64,000 nucleotides of DNA from Takakia lepidozioides (taxonomy: Eukaryota; Plantae; Bryophyta). The notes beneath the pieces were generated by a model. That model did not search any database. It saw nothing but the letters and a program-made list of their open reading frames with translations, and was not told the origin of the DNA. Shown here one piece after another: positions 49,095 through 59,070 of this stretch. A program made the translations under genes and the position numbers. The stretch covers positions 9,052,001 to 9,116,000 of the forward strand of contig CM060732.1 in NCBI GenBank assembly GCA_030704615.1, written 5' to 3'. Within the stretch, counting starts at the first letter, position 1. The number at the start of each line of letters is the position of its first letter.

Positions 49095-51422
49095 GTTCTT
49101 GTGTAGTCGTGCAAAATATGTTGCATTTCCTTGTGTCGTTCCCATTCGAGAAATAGTGGCTTCGTTGTCTATATCTGGATGTTAACATATACCACCATTC
49201 CTCTTCTTGCTTTGCAGAGTTCAGCACCAGTCATCGAATCAGCAGACGCCTTTCGGTTTCCAAGGATACTACATGTCCCCGAGCCCCCTAGATCCAACCG
49301 CTTGCCGGTTTACGCGGAAGCTTGCGCACGGGTATTATCCGAACAAACACTGTACTCGCATCTCCATGAAGGTCGAGGAAAAAAAAACGTCATGGATGTG
49401 CTGCTGTATTCATAGATGATATTGCTGTACACTGGAAGTGGTTCCTCTGAAACCCTCCAATATTTCTTTAGGTTCAAGTACCGAGGCTCAATAAATTGTA
49501 TTTTGGTTTTGCTTCCATCTCCAAACTGTTTTTCAAGTTCTTTGCGCGTTCCCGTAAGTAGTTGGGGATTGCCTAAATAGGTCTTCGGATTGCGGAATTG
49601 AAAAATGATTTGTGTTGGAATGAATGTACTGCTTTGCCCAAAAAAAATGTTTGATTTTAATATTCAGTTCTCTAGTGGACGATCTCCTCATTCCAAAGTC
49701 ATGACCTCAATCATAATTCATCCGCAAACCTGCCATTGTTCTCGGCCACAAAGAATATTCATGTGGGGGCCTTGAAGAGGGATAAAAAATTAGGACATAG
49801 GCGACAGCTGATCCGCGGTAATAGGGGGGGTAAGCACGGAATTACGGCCTGAACACGTGGAAGCTTGCTGACGTGGCGTGAGCCTAGCCAGGCTCACAGG
49901 CTCACAGGCTCACGCGGCCAGGCTCACGCGCAAGCATTCCCCGACAACCACTAGTCCACTAGTCCACCACTAGGCTGCCACTAGCCACCACTAGTGCAGC
50001 CACTAGTCCAACCACTAGGCTGCCACTAGCCACCATTAGTCCATCACTAGGCTGCCACTAGTCCATCACAATCGCCCCCCTAGCTGGCGCTTAGGTCCCT
50101 CTAAGTCCAGGTAGCCACAAGATGTGATAGTAGCCATAGCCTCACCAAGTCCTCCACCACTGTCCCTACTACACTCAAACTCAATAGATCAAGAGGCCGG
50201 GTACAAGAGTTGCCCCATCGTTAGTCGCTGTCTTGCAACCTGTGAACTTGAGCCTGAGATCTTGGGTATTGACTCCTATGAGCTTGGCCTCCTATGTCTT
50301 GTGAGCTGTCACTAGTCATATCCACTGCCACTATCCCAAGCAGTGTGGACATAACCAATCTCCATCAGGAACCCTCTCAAGAGGTGGTGTCAAGCATCCC
50401 ATGTGCCAACCTTTTGAGCATCGATCACACACCAGCATAGTGGCGGCACCACGAGCATGCCCACATAGCATGCAACGCAACCCTGCAGGTACCACTGCAA
50501 GGTTGGGATCTATCCTCCCATCCACATGTGGAAGGTGACATGGCGCACAATTACGCACATGGTCCTTCCATACCATGCCATCTCGACCCTCTAGAATCAA
50601 CACTCCTGAAGGCAACACCTCCCTGACCCTTAGAATCACACGTCCTGCTGTGACATCCAAGGTCGTAGGCGTTGTCTGCTGCAGATACACATAGTCCCCA
50701 AGGTGGAACACCTAGCCGATATCCCCCTCCACGTATAGTGACATACCTCAATGTGTCTCGGTGTTGGGCAATAGCAAGATTCTCAAAAGCCATAGGCATG
50801 ACTCTCTTGAACGACTCTGCCCGCTGGGCACATGTTTGTGTCCACACATCCGGATCATCAAGGTTGAGGACTACTGCAGCCTCTCTGCGAATAGACGCAG
50901 GCAAATCCGGCTCTCGGCCAAAGAGAAGGAAATATGGTGAGAAGGAGGCAAGTGATGTTTGCTTGCTAAACCTGTAGCCCATGACTAACCAAGGTACCTG
51001 AAGATCCCAATCTCCTAGGTGTCCCTTTTGCAAGCCATACTTGCGCAAACCCCTCTTCATCGTCTGAACCACTCTCTCTGCCAAGCCATCGGCCTCAGGA
51101 TGATCCCGAGAAGTGGTACGGTGGTCTATCAAGGCTTTATCACACAAAGCCTGAAACTCCCCAAGAACTCTCTCCCTTGGTCCGTGAGTACCTAGCTGGA
51201 GCACCGAATCGGCTAAGCACACGATCTAGGAATGCATACGCAGCCCCCTCACTAGCCTTGTCAGGGCAATGGAACCAACTCAATCCACTTGGAGAAGTGC
51301 TCCACCATCACCAACACATATCTGTGGTGACGCATCGTCAGTGACAAAGGCCCTGCGAAGTCAAGACTCCACCTGTAGCCCAATCCCATGATGGGTAAAG
51401 GATGCAACTGTGGTGTAGGGGC

Positions 51423-51507
51423 TGTCGTGCGCATACATATCGCTACACAACTACATCGCTGTCCAAACCACACCACACATATATGCACAATAAAGTAGTC
51501 TGCCACA
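51423..51507 (-). repeat. 85-bp LTR of the Gypsy B family (identical to 51867-51951)
   Basis: tgtcgtgcgcatac...gtagtctgccaca is present twice, with TG..CA ends. Confidence 0.88.
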
Positions 51508-51866
51508 ATGATAAGAAAGCTAAAAGACACACACTCTCGACACAAGAAATATGAAATCCATCGCCATCACTCTTTAAAAATAGAAGTCGAGCCAGGGGCA
51601 CCCCAAGCTATGGGGACTCCACCCCACAACAACCTACACTCCCATCATAAGCACACTCAGATCTAAATGCATGAAGGAGCTCGGTCGCGTAGGCTCAACT
51701 CGAGAGAGATGAGCTACGCGACTGCCGCTCTCGTGAAGATAAGGCGGTTCAGGTGTCAAACTAAACTTGACACCTGATTTAACACTTGACCTAAATCCAA
51801 GTGTTAAATACAAATAACTAGCTTTATTCTAGTTGTTTTCACACTGTGCTTATTTAACTTGACAGC

Positions 51867-54400
51867 TGTCGTGCGCATACATATCGCTACACAACTACAT
51901 CGCTGTCCAAACCACACCACACATATATGCACAATAAAGTAGTCTGCCACAATCGCCCCCCTAGCTGGTGGATAGGTCCCTCTAACTCCAGATAACTACA
52001 AGATGTAATAGCCACAGCCGTACTAAGTCCTCTATCACTGTCCCTATTGCACTCAAACCCTATAGACCAAGAGGCCGGGTACAAGAGTAGCCCCATCGTT
52101 AGTCGCCGTCTTGCAATCTGTGAACTTGAGCCAGGACCTCGTGTGTTCAAGGGCTCCTAGTAGTTGGGCCTTGCGTTTCTTGTTAGCCTTCCATGGTTGT
52201 ATCCACTCCCACTATCCAATGCAATGTGGACATAACCAATCCCCATCCGGAACCATCTCAAGAGGTGGAGTCAAGCATCCCATATGCTAACCTCTAGAGC
52301 ATCGATCACACACTAGCATGGTGGTTGCCCCTCTAGCAGACCCACACAACATGCACCTCAAACCTGCAGATACCACTGCCAAGTTTGGGTCTATCCTGCC
52401 ATCGACATTCGGAAGGTGACATGGCGCGCACAATTACACACATGGTCCTTCCAAGTTATGCCATCCCGACCTTCCAAGACCAAGACGCCTGAGGGCAAGA
52501 CCTCTCGAACCCTCAAAATAACACGTCCTGCAGTCACATCCAAAGTCGTAGGAGCAGTCTGTTGTAGATAGACATAGTCACCAGGGTTGAATCTCCGAAC
52601 CCCAGGACGATAGCCCCCACCACGTATGGTCGCATACCTCAACGTATCACGGTGTTGTGCAATGGCAAGGTTCTCGAAAGCCATGGGCATGACTTTCTTG
52701 AACAACTCTGCACGCTGCTCACATGCACGTGCCCACACGTCCGGATCGTCAAGGTTAAGAACTGTAGCAGCTTCTCTGCGAATGGATGTAGGCAAATCCG
52801 GCTCTCGGCCAAAGAGAAGAAAGTATGGTGAGAAGGAGGCAAGTGATGCTTGCTTGCTGAACCTGTAGCCCATGGCTAACCAGGGTAACTGAAGATCCCA
52901 ATCTCCTAGGTGTCCCTTCTGCAAGCCGTACTTGCGCAAACCCATCTTTACTGTCTGAACAACTCTCTCTGCCAAGCCATCGGCCTCAGGATGATCCCGA
53001 GAAGTGGTGCGGTGGTCTATCAAGGCCTTGTCACACAAAGCCTGAAACTCCCCCAAGAACTCTCTCCCTTGGTCCGTGAGTACCTCAGCTGGAGCACCGA
53101 ATCGGCTAAGCACACAATCCAAGAATGCATACGCAGCTCCCTCACTAGCCTTATCAGGCAATGGAACCAATTCAATCCACTTGGAGAAGTGCTCCACCAT
53201 CACCAACACGTACTTGTTGTGGCGCATGGTCAGTGGCAACGGCCCTGCGAAGTCAAGACTTCACCTGTAGCCCAATCCCATGATCGGAAGAGGGTGCAAT
53301 TGTGGAGTATGGGCGTTGAATGAAGCACGCACCCTGTCACACACCATGCACCTAGCCACAAATTGTTGCACCTCTGTGTGCATACCACGCCACCAATACT
53401 GCCCCTGCAGTAGACTATGAGTGCGTCGCACCCCAAAATGCCCCAACTCCTCATGGGCATGCCGCACTAACCGTGCCCGCTGTGTTGGGTGAGGCACAAT
53501 CCTCACTCGACCATCCTCCTACACTCGGAGCAGGTGTGTCCCCTCCCACTTGAACCTCTTGGCTCGTTGTAGGATCCGATCCCTCTCCTTGGTAGTCACA
53601 GTGGCTGCAGTGTCTCCAGTGCGGAGGTAGTCCAACACAACTGAATCCTCATGTATATCTTTGGCGCCACCTTGCTCATTGCTGGCCTCAGGGTCCTCAG
53701 ACACTTGATCTACAGTCATCCTTGTTGCAGGTCCAACCTGGCCTTCCGTTGCCAAGATACACAGAAATGCAGATGCATTCGGGCACCATCTCCTCGTCCG
53801 TCTCACCATGCCACCGAGCTCCAGTGTCATCCTGCTGGCTCGTGCATGGATTGCGACTCAACCCATCTGCATTGCGATTGACCAAACCCGGTCGATGCAC
53901 CACCTGAAAGTCATACTCTTGAAGGATGAGTGCCCACCGTGCAAGCTTCCCCGTAAGCTTGTCTGACTCCATCAACCACTTGAGTGGTTGGTGATCCGTG
54001 ACAAGGGTGAAGAGATTGCCGTATAGATAGCACCTGAAGTGTGCCACGGCCCACACTGCAGCTAAGCATTCTCCCTCATATGAGCTATACTTAGACTCTG
54101 CAGCATTGTTCGAGCGGCTAGCATAAGCCACTACGAACTCTCTTCCCTCATCATCCACCTGTGTGAGCACCGCTCCAACCCCCAGCATGCTCCAATCTGT
54201 ATGCAGCTGAAAAGGACGCCCCCTGATAGGTCGTCTCAAGATGGGCGCCGAGGTCAACCTCGCATTGAGCTCTTGAAAAGCTTGTTCTTGCTCATCTTTC
54301 CACTGCCACTCCTGGTCCACCTTGGTCAGCTTGGTTAGAGCCTTTGCAATGGCACTAAATCCCTTAACAAACCGTCTGTAATAGTTTGCTAACCCCATGA
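51867..54400 (-). mobile_element. Second Gypsy B-family copy (B'): 3' LTR 51867-51951, PPT, PHD-integrase, RNase H and RT C-terminus; 5' part deleted
   Basis: GLANYYRRFVKGFS, LHTDWS..GVGAVL, YASRSNN.AE.KYSSYEGECLA, TDHQPLKWL, HEELGHFG..YWWRG..CMVC, LTDQGREF. Degenerate PHD at 52210-52360. Confidence 0.92.
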
Positions 54401-57400
54401 AAGCTCAAGAACAATACTAACATTGCTAGCATGTGTACCTATAGCCTGATTGGCTGCAATCTGTGGCAACCTCCCCATCTGTTGAAACAGAAGAGCCCCC
54501 ACATGACGTGCATGACCAACAGACGAGGTGGAGGGCACTGGTACTACTGTCCCTCCACCCGCAGCAAGACTGGAGACATTCAACAAAGAGACAGCACTCG
54601 GATGCAAACTTGAATTCAAAGAACTAGTCCCTCCCCCGAGAGTGGGATTAGGGAGACTAGTCACAGGCACATACATCATACTCGTCACTGGGGCCGGCAT
54701 ACCACTCATAGTAGCCCAAACATCTGAACCATACCTGTCTACCCCCTGAATATGAACAGGATGAGAGGGCAGACCGATCAATTCCCGAGCCGGCGTGGGC
54801 TCAGTTCGTCCAGCCACCATGGCTTCATCACCTTGAACATAAACAGAGAGGCCCTCGGGGTTGGCTATCCCAGACCCCTCATCTACCAATGCAATACCAA
54901 CTGGGGGCTCTACTATCGCTCCCAACGTACCACTGTTCAAAATTTCATCATCATTGGTCACAAAATTACCTGCCTGCAGGTTATCCGAACGCTCGTTCAT
55001 TTCCACTACACCTTCAGCCAGCGGCTCTCTTGAACTATTCATGATCCTTTGCCTGCCTGATCATAGCTAAGTAGTTCTAGAATTACCTAGCATGCAAGAA
55101 ATGAAAGTAGATTGGAGAGTTAACTTTTAAGCAGCATGGATATGGAGTGTGGGCCGAGCGCTTGGCGAGCTAACCTCTGGAACCCAAGTGGAGCAATACA
55201 CGACCTTCAGCACCTTGTGTGACTGCAGCTCGTAGACTCCCAAAGCCAGCCACTCCCAGCCGTCAGCTCTCTTAAGCCAAAAACCCACGTGGGCAGTGTC
55301 ACCCTCTCTCCACGTGCGCGAAAGCACAGCCGAGTCCGAATAGTCACCCAAATTCTCAAACGCACTTGGGCGAACCACCCGTTGTGATGCAAAGGTAGTA
55401 CCCACACCCAAGACTACTAGATCAGATGACTGTACCACCAAGGCCCCACCTCTCAAACCATCAACCAACTGTGAATAGGCACGTGCCAAGGCGCAAGGTC
55501 GGAGCTGAAACCGCAACGCCCTCAAGATCAGAGCCCCCGTGCCTTGTAACATCAACGACAACCAACTTCGCCCCACTAGACCAGGGCATGATGAAGCTCC
55601 GCACTTCGAACACCAGAAAGAGGCAAATACAAACCTACTTCTAACTAGGTCAATTCTCGGTGATGCAGGAAGCACGACTTAATCGCTCTGGACGGCAAAC
55701 GTTCATCATTACGTAATTCAAATTCTTTCCTAGCAAGTTGTCTGGCTCTAGACACCACCGCACCAGGCTCATCGTAATCGTGAACAGGGCTTCGTGATGA
55801 CTGGTTAACGCAGCAAGGTCACCCACGACAGCCCTTTCTATGCGCTCAAACCAAAACTGATCCTCATCACAGATCTCACACAACAGGTCATCCACTTCTT
55901 GTGACAACTCGATATCCCTTTCCAACTCTGCTGCTTGCTGCCTACTCTCAAAATACTCAGGTCCAGGATCAACAAAGTTGTCAGAGTTATAGTATTCCGG
56001 ATCCTGTCAGATTTCTCAGACCTTGGCGACCACGCCTCTGCCTCATCTAGATTAGCATAGTCATTACTACCAGGAGAACCCAACGAAACAACAAGGGCTA
56101 GAATGCAAGCAATAGGCTCAGGAAGTGGCGATGCTAGCAAGGCAACACTGCCAGGCCGTGCGCCGTTAGTTGTGTTAGCAACAGCAAGAACGTCAGCAGG
56201 GTGAGACACAACAGGGTTGGTTTCAACAACGGGAGGAGCAACATCATAACACCAGCAGAATGGGAAGTGGCAGCAAGGTTAGCCTCCACACTAGGATTAG
56301 CTTCAACAATAAGCGCCACACTAATCTGAAGAAATAAACTCTCCCCCTCTCTGCGAGCTACACAAGACAAGTCACGAACGGCAGCCATCCCTGCAATCAC
56401 ACCCCAACGCGCATCGTGAGACGGCAATATCGCGATAGCAGGAGAAAATATGGCAAGGCGAGGAGCCGCCATTGATAACACGCATTAGCGAACCACTTAG
56501 GATGTAGAGCACATCCCGCGAAAAAGACCTAACTGACCCACCCGGCTTCTCTCCACCATAAAACAAGCTTGAAGCATATACTCCTTTCCTCTCAAGAAGC
56601 AAGGTTTCACAGCAAAGGGGCGAGCGGAAAGAGCAAGCAACGCGCGAGAGGAGGATCAAACACACGGATCTGACACAAAGCAGCTCTCATCCAAAGCTTG
56701 TACACCAATTACACATATACACTAACACCCGAGTACACCGCCTTGACCTTGTGTCAGGGCGCCGTCTTTATACAAAAGACCTAGCTTCAGTTGCCCGTCG
56801 CGTGGCGAGGCGTCACAAGCCAAAAACCGCGGCCGTTCTATCACCCTAGAATAGATGAAGGGCCAGGATGTGGCCACCAGCCAAAACTAACCCTAACCTA
56901 GATATCATTGTAACGGTTTGACGGCATTATACCCCAAAAAAATTATACTATGGATGTGTATCGCCGTTTTAGATGATGAAGCGGGTCATTTCTAGCCTAG
57001 GCAAATATGGGCCATCACAAACCCCACGGAATAATCTCCACCCCAAAGACCAATTTTGAATGGATTGGATTTGTAAACACCACCAGCTCCTTGTGAATCT
57101 TAGTATTATGCCTTTGTGACAAGGTCAATGCACGTTGACTCCGGATTATCTTGTAGATCAAATAGGAGCCATTGATCTTCAATCTGGATTTGCATGCATG
57201 CTTGCCATGCTAAAGACGTAGGCTGATCCACCTGAAACTGATATGTATACTTGAAACTTCTTGGGCTTGACTTTTAGGCCAGCCGATCTCTTTTGTTGTG
57301 TTGTCAAAATGAATGGACAGAGGATGAAAGGGGGTAGGTGGAGATCATCCGAACTGTGATGCAGAGATGAATGATAAGATGATGCGGGACAAGTTATAGG

Positions 57401-58459
57401 ACTCATTCATCGGCACATTATATAAGGGGATGGATGAACGTACAGCTAGTGATGTGCACTGTCATGGTTCATCCGGATGTTATTTCGACTTGGCTTGCAG
57501 ATTAAGTGGGGAGCAGGGACTAAAATCCCTCACCACAACCTGGGCCAACAAAATAGTGTACTCTTGCAGCCTTGTGAGGCAAAAGGACAGCAATTCCTAA
57601 AGAACATCCGTAGTTCTGTTGACAGCTGATTTCTCTCTACCAACCTGGTCTAATTGACTCTCATGACTTGCGCCACACCAAACCAACAGAGCTTTGACAG
57701 TGAAGTCAATCCACATATACTTTAATGCAGCCTGACACCCACCTAAACCCTAAACTAATATTGCCCATAAAGTGTTATTATCACCAAGAAACCAGCAGCC
57801 TGCGGGTACAAAGTATGCATGAAAGGAATAGTCAGAGAGTCACCATTTAGGTTTCTTTATTCTCTTTCTCTGCCCTGTGGTTCTTCCTGCAACATCATAT
57901 CTCCTCCATCCAATCAGTAACATTGGGCAGCAAGCACTCTCGCTCTGTCTACATATGTGTGTACTTTTGTTCTACTGTGAGGGAATACAACTAAATACCT
58001 CTCTTAAGCTCTCTGATTGTAAGACCATGACTAGAGGATGGAATACTTATTGCTATAATCTCTCTCTCTGTGAGGTGTACCTTAAATGGAAAAGTGATTG
58101 CAAAGGGATGTGCTTGTAGATATGCACTCTTCTCTCCTTCTTCAAGACAAACAAGGCCCTATGTTCTCTATCTCACACTTTTCTCTGTTGGAAACCTGTA
58201 GCTGGTCAATGCTGAGGCGTGTGAGAGAGTGCCAAGTCCATATCCAGCTTTCTTTTCAAATATGATCGGTCGGTACTGTCCCATCCACCCTCACAGTACA
58301 AAACCATCAGAATATCCTCCAGCAATTTTGGATTAAAGGGTACTTAAGGGCTTTAATCCTAAAAATTGGTAGTTTCCTGCACTGCTAATGTCTTCCCGAC
58401 ATTTCCACAGATGTGACACGTTGCTCTAGCTGCAATATTACTCACAATGTCATGTGTGT

Positions 58460-59060
58460 GAGAAAGACGCTGTTTGCCATAGCCTTGTAGCCATAGACCC
58501 TGTGAGAGGGAGAATGTACTCATAAGACTTTGTTTGCTGTAACCTTGTGGCCATAGACCCCGTGCCCAGGTTGGACTGCAGAGAGAGAAGGTACTCATGA
58601 GACGTTCGCCGTACCCTTGTGGCCATCGACCCCGCTCCCAGTTTGATCAGAACACAAAGGGACAGAAACTACCTTTGTCAGGGGCTGACACCGGTAGTAT
58701 GACTTAACTTGAAATAGACAATTGATCCGAGTTTTGCAGATATCCTCTAGAAATCCCTTCACAAGCATCAATCTGCTGTGTGTGATTTGCCCAATATCTA
58801 GACCCCAAAAGGGCCCAGGCTTTTGGCCCAGCCACAAGACTTTCGAAGTTGGTAAACAGAGGTACAGGAACAATTCCCGTGATGGATTTGAAGAGGGTGT
58901 CTCTCGTGAGAGTACCCAGGACAATGAATCAGAAAGTGGACATAGTCTTCAGGTTGCCAACACAACGGGCATTGCAATCCCCCTTTCTCCTCTGCTGTTC
59001 AAAGGTAAGGCTTCCCCAGAGTTTAAGTTTCAGTCTACTGCTGAGAGTGGGTGCACCCTT
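58460..59060 (-). mobile_element. Three 5'-truncated LINE 3' ends in tandem (~58460-58500, ~58503-58579, ~58590-59060)
   Basis: Repeated 3'-terminal motif gtactcat..gacg/ctt..tttgc.gta.ccttgt.gccat.gacccc, each preceded by a short (GA)n. Confidence 0.8.
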
Positions 59061-59070
59061 GAGAGAGAGA

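Larger units (their letters stand above)
38957..49942. mobile_element. Mutator-like element copy 2, full length (~10.99 kb), 9-bp TSD GACAACCAC, imperfect TIRs
   Basis: GACAACCAC occurs at 38948-38956 and 49943-49951. The left end CAACGACGCTAC-CGCGTGAGCCTGG-CGCGTGAGCGTGTGAG compares with the right end reverse complement GGGGAATGCTTG-CGCGTGAGCCTGGCCGCGTGAGCCTGTGAG. A 9-bp TSD is typical of Mutator. Confidence 0.95.
38828..51422 (-). mobile_element. Ty3/Gypsy element B (3' part): 3' LTR 38828-50070 interrupted by MULE copy 2, PPT at 50071-50082, integrase with C-terminal PHD finger
   Basis: The LTR start tgtcgtgc.catacatatcgctacacaactacatcgc is shared with 51423 and 51867. It ends ..catcaca followed by atcgcccccc (PPT on the minus strand). 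Integrase WSLDFAGPL, HPEADGLAERVV and PHD CMLC..CDRC..WHMGC..WLCPHC. Confidence 0.88.
25935..57019 (-). mobile_element. Ty3/Gypsy LTR retrotransposon A; LTRs 25945-26391 and 56559-57019, 4-bp TSD AACC, internally deleted and carrying nested insertions
   Basis: ~450-bp direct repeats, TG..CA termini, and AACC at 25931-25934 and 57020-57023. PBS TGGTGGAGA (minus strand, 56550-56558) is complementary to a tRNA-Ala-like 3' end. Integrase and RNase H remnants at 26708-28697; probable gag-side sequence at 54389-56500. Confidence 0.88.
25400..57300 (-). mobile_element. Older Ty3/Gypsy relative (A0) split by insertion of element A; pieces at ~25400-25934 and ~57020-57300 (outer limits approximate)
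   Basis: 25568-25760 resembles 26378-26585 (LTR end gggccatcac..tgtgaag..ctccc..gagctcc..ggaaaa). 57090-57240 resembles the integrase C-terminal region at 26800-26945. Confidence 0.65.

Noticed and set aside
28698-49942. Simple tandem segmental duplication of 10 kb
   Set aside because: Copy 2 has its own 9-bp TSD inside an LTR and the copies are clearly diverged, so they are independent transposition events.
51508-51866. Hammerhead ribozyme / retrozyme
   Set aside because: I found no CUGAUGA...GAAA core on either strand, only plain hairpins.
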